Assembly: GCA_964016885.1 (NCBI GenBank)
Contig: OZ024748.1
Location: forward strand, 42,036,001-42,100,000
Length of the DNA stretch: 64,000 nucleotides
Direction: 5' to 3'
From: Eledone cirrhosa
Lineage: Eukaryota
The position numbers and the translations under genes were made by a program. Positions 13,484 to 27,736 of the stretch are shown here, in pieces; positions within the stretch are counted from its first letter, which is position 1; each line of letters starts with the position of its first letter. The notes under the pieces are model-generated. The model ran no database searches. It was given only the letters and a program-made list of their open reading frames with translations, and was not told the origin of the DNA.

Positions 13484-13516
<33 letters not shown>

Positions 13517-13518
<2 letters not shown>

Positions 13519-14180
13519 AATTGTGTACAACTCGTCAAAGGTGCATGTGTAGTACATAGAATAATGTACAAATGTTAGGAAAATAAACAGTGCATGAGTC
13601 ATGATATACACACGTGTGCGTGTGTATGGAGGGAGGGATATCAGGTGTAGTGTTGGTGAATTTCAAGAAGCATGGATGTTTTAAAGGATGCAGTATCTCG
13701 GCAGCTAACAACTGATGCTGGTAGTTTGTTCCATGCTTCAGCAACTCTGAGCATGAAAAAAATGTTTCCGAAAGTCATGGGAACTGTGCTGTTTTCTGAC
13801 TTTGTGGGCATGTCCATGTGTGTTAGACACATGGAAATCAAAAAGGTACTCAGGGTTGTTGTTGGCAAGATGGTTAATAATTTTGCAGGTGTTTACCAAG
13901 TCAGTTGCCAGATGTCCGAGCTTCAATGTATCCATGCCCAAGGAAGCAAGGCGTTCCGATATGGTAGATGCCTGGTGGAGGGTATTCGCTTGGTTGCATA
14001 TCTCTGAACAGTTTCCAGGAGGTCAATGTTCTGAGTGATGCAAATTCCAAGTGTGGCCGCACCATAGTTATATACAGCTTTAAATATTTGTAGTAAGGTT
14101 GCTTGGATGCATCCATAGGCGGTATGCCGGTTGAGCATTCTATGTTCCTGAGCAGAGTATGATAATATGGAAAACGAAGA
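13517..14180 (-). mobile_element. CR1-clade LINE 3' remnant with (ATT)n tail
   Basis: Fragments LYITMVRPHLEFA, DLLETVQRYATKRIP, RKHFF..RVAEAWNKLP resemble the CR1 ORF2 C-terminus; the 3' UTR runs into the 13484-13516 tract. Confidence 0.75.
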
Positions 14181-14544
14181 ATCAGTGATGCATCGGAACA
14201 CAATTTATTACGTATTACGGTGAGCCAGAGAAACAATTGTAATACATAATAAATTGTGTTCCGATGCATCATCGGCCTTCTTCAGAAACACTAAACTATG
14301 ATTGCTACATATACATATATGTATGTAGCAACAGGAAATAACATCGGTGACTTTCGTAAACTGTGTATATATATAAATATATATATATATGTGAGTCCCA
14401 GGTTCAATCGGGGGTAACCACAGTAAGTAAGGTACTCAATACAGGGTTTTCCTGATGATTTCTTTTGAATGAAACAGTTCGACTTGTCTAGAAGCGATTT
14501 CTATATTAAACATGATATATATGCATACTTATATTATATATATA

Positions 14545-14745
14545 TCATCCTCATCGTTGTTTAATGTCCATTTTCCACACTAGCATAGTTAAGACATCAT
14601 CCCTTTGTGAGAGATCAGGTCAAATAACCTTGATTCGCATATACAGAACTGATTTTGGCTTGCTTTCGACAGCTGGATGCCCTTCTTAATGCCAACCACA
14701 TTTACAGTGTGTGCCGGGTGCTTTTTGTCATGACACCTACACAAA
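14545..14745 (-). mobile_element. RTE/SINE shared 3' tail fragment
   Basis: catcgttgtttaatgtccattttccacactagcat...gctggatgcccttcttaatgccaacc, as in the RTE 3' ends elsewhere in the window. Confidence 0.6.
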
Positions 14746-15113
14746 CACTTTACAGGATGTGAACCCAGAAACCAAGGAGCTGTCGTCATATATTCAGTAA
14801 GCAACCAAGATGTATAACAAGACCTAATGAGTTATTCTAGAAATTGGAACAAAGCCATTAAATCAAACATAACTCAAATGTTGACATCACAGAAGAATTA
14901 GAAGTATTCAAATAGATTTCTCTTACTTCTGGGGGTGACAAGTTTCCCATTTACACACAGAAAATATCATCATCATCATCATCACTATTTAATGATTGTT
15001 AGCCGGGTTATATCCAATTAATTTGCAGCAGCAATGACAATATATACATATATATATCTATATATATAAATTTGAGTATATGCTGGTTATTACTCACACT
15101 TCAGTATATACAC

Positions 15114-15202
<89 letters not shown>

Positions 15203-15231
15203 CGTGTGTACATATGTATATATACATATGT

Positions 15232-16705
15232 ATATCATCATCATCATCATCATCATCATTATCTTCGTTTAACGTCCATCTTCCACGCTAGCATGGGTTA
15301 GACGGGAGTTGTCCCATTTGAGGCAAGGTTGGTCAGGTGACCGTGTCTTGCTCGTATAGGATTATCTGGCAGGTTTTCTACGGCTGGATGCCCTTCCTAA
15401 CACCAACCACATTTAGAGTGTGGAACTGGGAACTTTTTACCGTGTTACCTACACGACCACATTACAGCGTGGACTGTGTGTTTTTTTTTGTCGTGACACC
15501 TACACGATCTCGATCTCATTATCTTATTTATTTTGGACTGGATGTTGTGGTACCAACTTTACAGAGAGAGGGTGGTGTTAGTGGGAGTGGGAGGATAGGG
15601 TAGGGGTAGTGGATTGGGGGTGTATATTTGGTTAGGAGATGCCTACTGACTGTAGGTTTCGCTTTGTACATAGGCAAGGCGGGTCTTCTGTATTACTGTG
15701 TAGCACCAAAGATCTCGGTCCATTGACATTGTTTTAGAGAGGTGCAAATGTGTGAGGTCGGAATTTATCAGATCGTCCCAGGTTTTTCTGGGTCTACCTA
15801 CTCCGTAACTACCATCAATTTTGATCGCCCTGCATTTTTTTATACAACTGTCGTCTTTCATGCGCATCACGTGACCATACCAACGAAGTCTTCTCTCGAG
15901 TAAACAGCATCTAATCCATCTTATTCCTAATTTCTCACTTAGTTCATTTATGCTTTGCCAGTCACGTATATTACTATTACACATCCAACGGAGGATGCAA
16001 GCTTCGTTCCTCTCCAGTCTGCGCAGATCCTCTGCATACAATGCCCATGTCTCACTGCCAAGTAGCATTGCTGTTTGTATACAGGCATCTTAAAATCTGC
16101 CTTTCCTTTTTAGAGAGAAACCTTTTGTGGCCAACAGCGGTATAAGTTCTCTGAACTTTTTCCATCCCGTTCTGACTCTGGCTACTGTACTTTCAGAGCA
16201 CTGTACTTTCAGAGCACCCTCCACCACTGCTGATTTTGTCAACCAGGTAACGGCAAGGGTCCACTATTTCTATAGAACTATCAGGGCAATAGAAGGAGCT
16301 AGTATCCTGTGGGCACTTTCTACTTATTGCACTTGAGCATCGGCCACATATAAAATCTACGTTCTTAGATAGTTTACCTGTGATCCCACTACATCTTTTA
16401 TGTACCCATACTTTGCATTTGGGACATAAAATGGAATTTCTGCCTACTCCTTTCCTATACACTGAGCATTGCCATTTCCCTGAGGGCACCTGTGCCCTAT
16501 TTTCCTTTCTACAAACTAGAACTTTAGTCTTAGACAAGTTAATTTTAAGGCCTTTTGATTCTAGGCCATTCTTCCATGTTTGGAATTTCTTCTCTAGTTC
16601 AGCCTGAAGGGCAATAATAAATAGGAGGGGGCTAAAGACCAACTTTTACACTAAATGAACACCAACTGTTTCACTAAATCCTTGACAATATTCATTGTTA
16701 ATTCT
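15232..16705 (-). mobile_element. RTE-clade LINE, degenerate 3' part with (GAT)n tail
   Basis: ORFs 15643-16068 (GSETW...RRLRWYGHVMR...GRPRKTW) and 16193-16642 (SPLLF, Cys-rich insert); (CAT)n at ~15234-15260. Confidence 0.85.
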
Positions 16706-17847
16706 AACGTCTAAGGACCTACCCTTATTGAGTGCTTTGCTAACTCATTCATATTGTAGGTCGACTTTGCTTGCCCCCAGCCAAAGATTCGATTTTACTA
16801 AGCCTCCACTTATATTATATATATATATCACAAATATTTGCTCATGTGATTTATTTAGATGTCAATGACTTCTGTGAACCTGAAGATATAGCAGGCAGGT
16901 GACCTAATACCTAGAGCAATAAAGGTGATTTACAACTGTCCTCACTGATATATCTGACCACATGTGAGAGGTTATTTTAGATCTTTTATCGTGTCATCAA
17001 GAGTGTCAGTTACAAGGCTTGGCTAGATGTTGTTCTGCCACAACTGAACAGGTTGCTGGCCTTTCTTATTAAACTCTGCCAAGTCCAATTCTGTGCAGCA
17101 ATTCTGTCCCAGCTTGGGTGTCCCAGTAGGGGTGTTCTAACAGTGGTATTCCAGCAGGGGGGAGGGGCAATAGTGGTGGTGGTGGTGGTGGTGGTAATAG
17201 TGGCGGTGGTGGTAGTAATAGTGGTGGTGGTGGTGGTAGTTCCAATGACAATTATATATTGCTAGAGACCCAAACCTCAGGAATGTATTGATATTAGACA
17301 TAGTAATATAGTTGTGAGGTTTGTTAATAAAATATAGATAAAGTGGTTAGTATGTGGAATTTTTACGGGGTTTCGTTTAGAAAAATGTTATTAGTAGGAG
17401 GTTTATTATTTGTGTTGTAATATATTGAGGATTAATACTAATATCATAGATATTTAGACTAATAGCATTGATTGACAGACACACATATATATATATATAT
17501 ATATACACACCTACACATAGACACACATGCATATACGTGTACACACACACATATATATACATACATATACATACATACCTACATATACATACATACATAT
17601 ACATACATACAAACATACATACATACATATGATGGCTGCCCTCTCGTTATTGAGTATGGCCATTGCACCAAAAAAAAATCATAATAATAATAATAACAAT
17701 AATAACAATAATAATATACATATATATATATATATATAGACACAAACACACACATAAACATATCTACACACACACACACACACACACACGATAGCAATTA
17801 ATTATACCTCTTTTTTGGTTTTTGTGGCGGTCGTTTTCCTTTAAGGA

Positions 17848-19045
17848 ATACATACATACATACATATGATGGCTGCAAACTCTGCCAAGAGTATTGCAAT
17901 CGCTTGTCAGATTCAGATGTGTGACGCTCGGATATGGCTTTTCAAGCCTGCTAGAGACTTGCACTCCTTCACATACTTCACATACTGACGACAACTATGG
18001 ACCTCCCTGGATTGAGGTCCTGCATCAGGTTACCCATGAACCCTCACAACACCATGGAGATCATAGTTCACTGGTTCTTTTTGAACATGGCTGCGACTGT
18101 GGCTCCTGAGACCAGATTTGCTCAAGCAAATTTTTCCACACTCAGGGCACTTCAATTGAATGGAGACACCGATCGTTTCGAGAGATACACCAGGGCATTG
18201 CTTACACACATCCCGTTTTATCTTCTCGTGTTCTATGTGTCTGTCCTCAAAATTATGGACCCCATCATTCACCATTCCACGCCAAGTTTCTCTTTCAAGA
18301 GCTTCTATCTCCCAGTCAGCCATCATCAAACCAGTTTTTTTCAATGAGTCCTTTACACAATCCTTGAATCGGAACCTTGGCTTGTGAGGTTTGTGAGGTG
18401 ATCTCTTACCCTCGCAAAGCTCACCATACAAGAGTTGTTTTGGGATTCGATCATCCTCCATTCTGCAGGTGTCCGGTCCATTGCAAATGCCGTTGGTGGA
18501 TAATTCTCTCAAAGCTCTGACACTCACTTCTCTCAAGGACCTCAACATCACTCACATGCATCTGCCACTTGATACTGAGCATCTTTCTGAGACACTGCTG
18601 GTGAAACCGTTCCAGTCTGTGAATATGCCATTTGTAGGCGACCCATGTCCCACATGCATACAGCAAAGCTGACAGTACACATGCTGCATACACTCTCACC
18701 TTGATCCTCACTGTGATTCTTCACCTGCACCAAAGACGGTCGTTGAGCCTATCTGAAGCCTATCGGAAGCCTATCGGAAGTGCGATATCTGAGATAGATA
18801 CCGTGTTGACAATCCTTGAAGGCCATGAAGAACACCATTGCGAAATACAAGGCAAACAAAGTTGGTGCAGGTATATCACCCTGCTTGACACCATTTTCAA
18901 CCGAGATTGACTCAGACATTACCTCCAACATTCACCCATGCCTGCATATCATCGTGGAAGAGTTTCAGAATGTTCGCAAACCTTTCAGGGCAGCCCAATC
19001 TCTCCAAAATAACCCACAAAGCCTTCCGATTAACGGTGTCAAATG
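17848..19045 (-). mobile_element. RTE-clade (BovB-like) LINE remnant with C-terminal C2H2 finger
   Basis: GVKQGDIPAPTLF, LLYACGTW, RMEDDRIPKQLLYGEL, CPECGKICLSKSGLRSHSRSH; (TATG)n tail. Confidence 0.8.
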
Positions 19046-19344
19046 GGATATGTTAGTATCTGCCTGAGTACAAATCTTGAGAAGCTGGGCTTCACAGAAA
19101 CAGAAAGAACACAACTAGTTAGAAAATTACAAGTACAATCAGTTAATGGAACAGTAAAAATATGTAAAACATTCCAAAAATTCTGCATCTAACAACTGCA
19201 TATAGACATAGATACAAACCATATGCACATGCACACATATAACTCAAAACATCCACATCCACACATACAATAACATCCATACCTGAAGAACATACATAAA
19301 TACATTAATATGAATATGTAGGTATTTATATATGTATGCAGGTA

Positions 19345-19485
19345 TCATCATCACCGTTTTACATCCATTCTTCCATGCTAGCATGGGTTAGACGGGTTGT
19401 CCTGTTGTGAACAATGCCAGGTCGGGTGACCATGTTTTGCTCATACAGGAACTGATTCTGGCTTGATTTCTACCTTCCTAACACG
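19345..19485 (-). mobile_element. RTE/SINE 3' tail fragment
   Basis: catcaccgttttacatccattcttccatgctagcatgggttagacggg, matching the RTE tail at ~52020-52085. Confidence 0.65.
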
Positions 19486-19515
19486 AATGTTTGTATGTAT
19501 GTATGTTTGTATGTA

Positions 19516-19558
<43 letters not shown>

Positions 19559-20000
19559 ATGTATGTGTAACCCCCACCCCTCCCCTCTCTATGTATATAT
19601 GAACTGTATGTTTTCTTAATTCTGAGTTTATTTTTGGCTGGCCACCTTCCGGGTGGTAAGATTATGAAGAAAAGGAAATTTTCATTGTCTTCTGTGTAAG
19701 CATTCATCCTTTGAATTGAAAAAAATATTTTACAAATTTTTAAGGTTGCAGATATCGCAACCATTTGTTGCTAATGAATTAAGGAGCTATGTTCTATCAC
19801 CACAAATCCAAATTCAGTGATATTTTGTTCCAGGCATGTTGGTATATGTCCTGTAGCTCCAATACTAATAGGCATGAAACTGAATGTGCATGTTGGCACT
19901 GTGAAGAATATCCGGTTTTAAAACAATGCTATAGAATTTCCCATCCAACTATTACCAGCATCAGTGAACAGAGACAGAAATGATTTTTCTCATAATGGGA

Positions 20001-20424
20001 TGAAGCGCTCTCTAGACAAGGGAAGTAGCCAGAGTTACTTCCCGTCGAAATTCTAGAACCTTCCTTGTAACTTCCGTCCAAGGAATTATAAAAGAGGGAA
20101 CGCAAATCCTTTTTCCTCTCTCTTGGCGGTTTTACTTCAAACTGAACACTTCGAGCACAAATATGCCAGCTCTCTTCGAACCTCATCTCATGGTTCTGGA
20201 CTATACCCCGTAATGCTACGTACACATCTGTTTACCACAATTTTGTAACATGGACTACAAATAAATGCAAGTTACTTTTAATACACGTTTGAGAAACTGG
20301 TTATGCTTTTTATCATTACCTTTGTAGTGAGAGATAACTCTCACGAGAGATGAATTTGTAGGAAAATTCTCTGGTATCCGGTGGTACTTACTGGAGTAAG
20401 TAACCCTGGGACTAGCTCACTAAA
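20001..20424 (+). repeat. 5' LTR of element A
   Basis: Direct repeat of 29878-30330 (which carries a ~29-nt extra segment); TATAAAA near 20087. Confidence 0.9.
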
Positions 20425-23219
20425 AATGGTGACCCGACGTAAAAACACCAACTAAAAAATGGTAACCTCCGAATACGCAGAGAAAAAAAAAAAAGAAATT
20501 TTAGTCCCTCGTGTCGTCGTCTTCAACCAAGCTTTCGTTTTGAAATCGCCATCGTACTTGCTCGGTGCTACATCTTACTTCAGCTATTCATGGTACCACC
20601 ACGTGTGCATATAATTTTGAAAATACAGCTAATTTTTTCCTTTCAAATGTGTTGTCGTTGGCTGGTTCACGAAAGTTAAACCACGTGTGCGGCAGTTGAA
20701 AAAGAAAAAAATTTCGCTCAGAGACTACTGTTTATCATGAGCAATTCTTCGTTATCGACATATTCAGGTGATGCAAAGTTGTGGTTTGCACAACTGGATT
20801 CGTATTTTGCTGCCCACGGCGTTCAAGCAGCACAACAAAGGTTACACGTGCTCATAAGTGGAATTCCTGTATCGCCCGCAACATCAGTGAAAGACATAAT
20901 CACAGATCCCCCACATGGCATAACTTATGAAATACTAAAGGCAGAAGTGCTCAGACGGAACAGCCGTTCGTCTGAGAGCAAATTTCGTTCCTTGTTGGAG
21001 GAGAAAAACCTGGGAGATAGAACCTCGTCTCAGTTTTTACGGCGCATCCGGGAACTGAGCAACTCAACAGCAGAGGACAACTCTTTCGTGAAACAATTCA
21101 TCTTCTCCCGTTTGCCAACAAATGTGCAGACCATATTGGCAAATATTGTCGACACCAGTTCTCTGGACCAAATTGCAGCCTCGGCGGATCGCAGAATGAA
21201 ATTTTCTCGAGTGCCTACTTCGGCAGATCCACTCATCGCTTCTTCTATCTTTAAAACACAGCCTGTTTCACCTCGTGAGGACTCTCTGCTAAGGGCCATT
21301 GACACGTTAACTCGTCAAGTGGCTAAACTGTGTCGGGAACGAGCACCATCCAGGTGGCGTCCACGGAATCGGTCTCCTTCTCTTCATCGTCGCGCCAACC
21401 TCCCCGCCAACAACTCGTCTTTGTGTTGATATCACGTGCGTTTTCGTGAAAAGGCGAAAGATTGTATTCAGCCCTGCTCTTTCGAGACCTCGGAAAACTA
21501 AAATTGGAGAGTCTGGGCACGCCAGACCTCTCCCTCATTAATTCTCCTTATTGTGTTTTCTTTATCAGAGATCGAGTTTCAAACAAATCATTTATGGTCG
21601 ACACAGGATTTAGTTGCAGTATTTGGCCTCTTCGGTTCAGCTCTACCAAGCCAAATTTTTCCGGCATTTCCTTGTATGCAGTAAACCAGTCTCCTATAAA
21701 AACTTATGGACAAATATCTTTATCATTGGACCTAGCTTTGCGTCGAGATTTCAAATGGATTTTCGTCGTTGCGGACCTACCTCATCCTATTCTCGGTGCT
21801 GATTTTTTACACCACTATTCATTGTTGGTAGATGTCAGGAGACAGAAACTTGTGGATGCTACCACATCCTTATCTACGCCTGCTCGTGGTTCTACTGCTA
21901 CTGCCATAAGTCCCGCGTGTTTCATAACTGCCTCTGGAAACCAGTTTCATTCTCTTCTTGCCTCGTTTCCCGAGTTAACTGACATCTCCTTTAAACCGCA
22001 CCAAGTAATCCACTCGACTCGACATTTTATTACAACAACTGCTCCGCCTGTTTTCTCTCATCCACGCAGGCTGGCTCCAGACAGGGATGAGTTCGAAAAC
22101 CAGGGATGAGTTCGAACACATGCTTCAGCTTGGTCTTATACGACCGTCAACCAGCCCATGGGCATCTCCGCTTCATTTGGTTCGTAAGGGTGAGGCGGAT
22201 TTTAGACCTGTGGGAGATTATAGACGACTTAATGCTATCACAACACCTGATCGTTATCCTTTACCAAATTTACAGGATTGTTCATCCGTTCTGCATGGAT
22301 GCAAGATATTTTCTAAAATAGATCTGGTACGCGCTTACCATCAAATACCCATGCATCCAGAAGACATACCAAAAACAGCTGTGACCACCCCTTTTGGTTC
22401 GTTTGAATTTTTGTCCATGCCTTTTGGTTTGCGGAATGCCTCTAGTACGTTCGAGCGTTTTATCGATGAAGTCACGCGTGGATTGGATTTCGTGTTTGCT
22501 TACGTAGATGATCTCCTGATAGCCAGTGATTCAGCTGAGCACCATCATCAACATCTTTCCCAGTTATTTCAGCGTCTTCGATCCTACCAAGTCAGAATCA
22601 ACCCAGCTAAGTGTTTTTTGGCACAGACACACTGGAATTCCTTGGACATCTTATAGATTCAGAAGGCATTCGACCTTTCCCATCTAAGGTAGAGGCGATT
22701 CAGCTTATAGCACCACCAACATCCTTGAAACAATTACGCCATTTCTTGGGATTAATTAACTTTTATCGTCGTTTTATTCCTATCTGTGAGGACAAGTTGT
22801 TCCCCTTGACACAGTTTTTAAAGGCTGCAAAAAAAAAGATGCTCCTATTTCACTTTCTGCCGATGCCTTGTAGTCTTTTGAATCCGTCAAATCTGAGCTA
22901 GCTGAGGTTTCCTTCCTTGCCCATCCTGTTGCAAACGCGAGACTTTCCTTATCTATTGATGCATCCGATAATGCTGTTGGTGCAGTTTTGCAACATGCGA
23001 TCGATCACCAGGTTCAACCACTGGCGTTTTTCTCACGCCAACTAAAACCAGCAGAGCAACGATACAGTACTTTTGACAGAGAGCTTCTAGCGATTTATCT
23101 TGCTGTGAGACATTTCCACCATCTTCTTGAAGGTCGGGAATTCACGGAATTCACAGACCATAAACCACTCACATTCTTCAAACCAAATCCTACAGGTACT
23201 CTCCGAGAGCGTATAGGCA

Positions 23220-23647
23220 TTTATAATGTTAGTATCAGTGTATATATATTATTAAGAATGACAATAAATGCAGGTGAGTGTTGTGACATGGTTTTACTTC
23301 ACAGAAGTCAAATAAATTAATAGAAATAATGTTTACCACATGTTGATGGTCAGTTGGTCACAACTCCCAGACTGGAGTGTGTAGAGAAGAACAGAAATCT
23401 TCTCTTGGTAAGGTTCAAGTGTTTCTTTAGACTGCCGGTGCAGGAAGTGAGAGAGATGCCTTGATGTTCTCAAATATATAGTCCCCAGGGGGACGCAACT
23501 CCATTTAGTACATGGATCTGCCACTGGGAATCGCGACCGTCACAAAGGGAGGCAACTCCTATACGTATCTGCCACTGGGAGTCGCGACCGTCACAAAGGG
23601 ACGCAACTCCTATACGTGCTGAGTTACAGCCGTAAGGGGCCGCTACA
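23220..23647 (-). repeat. 3' LTR of element B (with an internal 51-bp duplication)
   Basis: Direct repeat of 27737-28115. Confidence 0.9.
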
Positions 23648-26600
23648 GTACCCTCCTCCAGACGATAGGCGAAAAGCCCGACGGTAACTGTAGCGAACCC
23701 ACAAGCATGGGCTCCCAGTACAGGCATGAAATATTAACGCAAATGTACAGGCATGAAATAGTAACGGAAAGGTACATATGTTCATAGTAATACAATAAAG
23801 AGAAAAACAAAAAAGGCTCCAGTGGCCAGTTCACATGAAAACAGTTTGGCAGAGTTTTTTTGGCCAGTGGACTCTTCGACCGGAACGGGTCGTGATCTTG
23901 CATGTAGGTGAAGGTGGGGCAGAAGGAGCAGGTGTATGCACAAGAGAGAAAGATTGGAGTATTTGTGGATCGGGTGTATGAGCGTCATTGTATGCCCTTT
24001 TTAGTCTATCTACCGAAATTGTCTCTCTGGACCCCATAATGTCTACAGTGAAATGTTTGTCAGTAGTGCTAACACACGGTAGGGTCCAGAATACGGTTGT
24101 GTGAGAGGTGGAGTAACCGCATCGTTTCTGACGAATGTGTCCACGAGGCAATATCACTCGGAACTGCAGCTTTAATAGTTTGTTTCCTAGTATTCATGGG
24201 ATGTAAGTCCTGAAAATAGGAGCGCAAACGAGATACGTAGGAAACAGGGTCCTGGAAAGAAAGATCAGCAGGGGAAAGCATTTGCCCAGGCAACGCTAGA
24301 GGAGCACCATACAGTAATTCGGCCGGGGAGAACCCAAGGTCCTCCTTTATTGATGACCGAATTCCTAACAACACAATAGGAAGGTACTCGCTCCAACGTT
24401 GAGAGTCTGGATAGGCGCGAAGAGCGGCCTTTAATTGGCGGTGGAATCGTTCCACCATTCCGTTTGAAGCAGGATGATAAGCTGTGTCCGAATCCGTTGA
24501 GTACCAATAATCTTTGTCAGCTCAGAGAAAAGATGAGACTCAAATTGTCTACTACGGTCTGTGGTGACTGTAGTTGGTACCCCAAAGCGGGTAATCCACC
24601 CTGATACCAGGGCACGCGCTACAGTCTCAGCAGTAATATCTTGTAAGGGGTTGGCTTCAGCCCATCGCGGAAAACGATCGATACAGGTCAAGAGGTTCGA
24701 ATATCCACTACTGAATGGCCAAGGTCCAACGATATCAATGTGGATGTGTTGAAACCGAGCATCTGGAGTACTGAAAGTACCAAGTGGAGTCCGGATGTGT
24801 CTGTGGATTTTAGATCTCTGACACTGTGTGCAGGAACGGCACCAGACAGTAATTTCTCGCCTCATATTGGGCCAGAAAAATCTAGCCGTTATAAGCTTTA
24901 CTGTGGCAGAAATTCCTGGGTGAGAAATGCTGTGCAAAGCAAGGAACACAATTCGACGGTGAGTCTCAGGAACAAGTGGTCGTGGTGAATCCGCAGATAC
25001 ATCACATAGAATCTGCCTGATGGTGGTCGACAAGGGCAGATATTTGAAGATGCAAGTCGCAAACTCGGCAGAAAGAGTATCCAACGATTGCAGTGCAGGT
25101 TGGTCTGCAGCTAAACGACTTAAGTCGATCTCCTGGGATGTCGAGATGGAGCTGATTGGCAAACGTGACAATGCGTCTGCAGCTATGTTAAGTGAGCCAG
25201 TAATGTGCTGGATATCACTTGTAAATTGCGAAACGTAGTCCAGGTGCCTTGTCTCTCTGGGCGAATATCTGTCGGATTTAGCCCTCAAAGCGAAGATCAG
25301 AGGTTTGTGGTCGGTTAAAACAGTAAAATTTCTCCCCTCAAGAATATGAGAGAAATGTTTCACCGACAGATATATGGCTAATAATTCCCGCCCAAACGTG
25401 CTGTAACGCGTTTCTGCTGGTTTCAGCTTTCTTGAGAAAAGGTTGTTGGTTTCCAGCGTTGTACTGCTGTAAAACTGCTCCCACAGCGGTATCAGATGCA
25501 TCAACACAAAGCGAAAGCTTGGCCTCTGGTACCGGGTGGGCTAGCAAAGATGAACTAGCGAGTGCTGTCTTGGCAGTCTAGAAGTCTTGAAGCTGTCCTT
25601 CTGTCAAGGAAATATCCTCATTCTTCTTACGACGATTTTTCAAAATGTCAGTAAGTGAAGATAGCAAATTAGCACAATGAGGAACGAAACGCCTATAGAA
25701 ATTGATTAGACATAAGAAGTGACGCAACTGGTGAAGTGTAGTAGGCGGAGGTAAATCCTGTATGGCTTGAACTCTCTGGGGAAGCGGCCTAATACCTTCG
25801 GCGTCGATGAGGTGGCCTAAAAAATTTAGCGAAGTGGAACCGAAAACACACTTTGCGGGATTCACACGAACGCGGTAATCCTGAAGTCGCCGAAATAAAA
25901 GATGCATGTGGCGCATATGCTCTTCTGGAGAGGAACTAGCGACGAGAAAATCGTCTATGTATGCATAAACGAAGTCCAGACCACGAGTGACTTCGTCTAT
26001 GAACCGCTGAAAAGTGCTAGCGGCGTTCCTGAGTCCGAAAGGCATAGTAAAAAATTCGAAGGATCCGAAAAGAGTTGTGATCGCCGTTTTCGGAATATTC
26101 TCCTTCCTGACCGGAATTTGGTGGTAGGCTCGCACTAAATCTAGTTTTGAGAAAATCTTACACCCCTACAATGACGATACGAAATCCTGGAGATGGGGGA
26201 TGGGATACCTATCCGGGACGGTCATAGCATTTAACCTCCTATAATCCCCAGTGGGTCTCCAGTCGCCAGAAGTCTTGGGCACCATGTGTAACGGTGAAGC
26301 CCAAGGACTCGTAGATGGGCGAATAATGCCAAGCTGCAGCATATGGTCGAACTCGGACCGTGCTGCCTTTAATTTGTCCGCCGGTAAACGGCGTGGACGC
26401 GAAAACACTGGAGCACCGGTGGTGGAAATGAAATGTTCAGTTGAGTGTGTTGGCTCAGTGACTCGAAAATTTCCATCGGTGAGCTCCGGGAAAGAACCTA
26501 ACAACGAATGGAAGGCGTCTCCAGCGGCAGAGATGAATAATAAGGGGCTGACTGTTGGAGCATTGGCTTTCCGGCTACGAATTGAAAAACCGGTGATGTC

Positions 26601-27736
26601 ATCCACCAGGCGTTGGCCACGGACGTCCGCAGTCAAAGAGAAGTTGTGAAGGAAATCCGCTCCTAAGATAGGGTATGACAAATCGGCAACCGTAAAAATC
26701 CATTTAAAATCCCTACGAAGATTTAGGAATTTGAGACGAAGCGAGATTTGTCCGTACGTCTTTATAGACGAGTGATTAACGGCCTGCAGAGTAACGGATG
26801 ACTCTACGAGGGTATCTTTCAGGCAATGGACCCGACATAAGGTCCTTAATGAAGAAATGGCGGTTTGGTGGCTTTATGTTGAGGTCAACTGCCCCCATCA
26901 GCGGACCTCTTTGGCGTTTCCCGCCTTATGAAACGAGCAAGGTTGCATGCAGTGGTTCGCGCTCTCGGCAAATCGCTCATGGTACCAGCATTAAGATGAA
27001 GCTGGTGATTTGGGGCAGCGTCTAAAAGAGTGAGATCTCCTGCGCGAGCGCAAACGGGCACCACACCAGACCTTCATCTTCTGGAGCTCCAGGGTGAGTT
27101 CCTGAATGGACTTCTGCATCGCCATAATGGCTGAGTGAGATGCCATTGTTATACCGTAGGTAATCTGCAAAAAAATCGTCTCCATTTGGAAAAATGTCTC
27201 CAACACAAGGGAAAAGGAAAACAAAATCGCTTGTTTTTCTCTGTCAAACAACTGGACAGGAAAAAGAATGCATCCGAGACAACATGTAAAGGAGCGACTA
27301 ACCGAGCGATGTCATTAACAAGGTGTAGGCAGGGAATTTAAAACTAAAACCAACATGGCGGACGATTTCGCGCCCAAAACACTATTGATAGAGAAGAAAG
27401 CCGCCATCTTGTCATCCTCAAAAATGTTAGCCAGAGAAAAGAAAAGAAGAAAAAACATTCATACAATTGTTGTTTCGCTAGGAAACTAGCAGCAATATTA
27501 TGTTGTTCTTTTTTTGTGTTTGTGTGTAAATAAATGGAATGTTCGCTTTGCACATATAAGGAGTTTGACCGTTAAAATGTTACAGGTAAAGATGCTGAAA
27601 TCAGTAAAATACAGCCAGATCGGAATGAACCGTGTTGTTCTGTATTAAATGTTTTTTCTTTCTCTTTTTTCTTTTATATATACACATGGTACCGTTTCCC
27701 ATTCTTTTTTTTTTTTTTTAAACGTCAGGTCACCAA

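Noticed and set aside
15072-15301. YI/HT/VC-repeat ORFs here and at 17.4, 37.3, 39.0, 52.6, 53.3, 55.4, 60.7 and 63.8 kb
   Set aside because: Translations of (TA)n, (CA)n and (CAT)n microsatellites.
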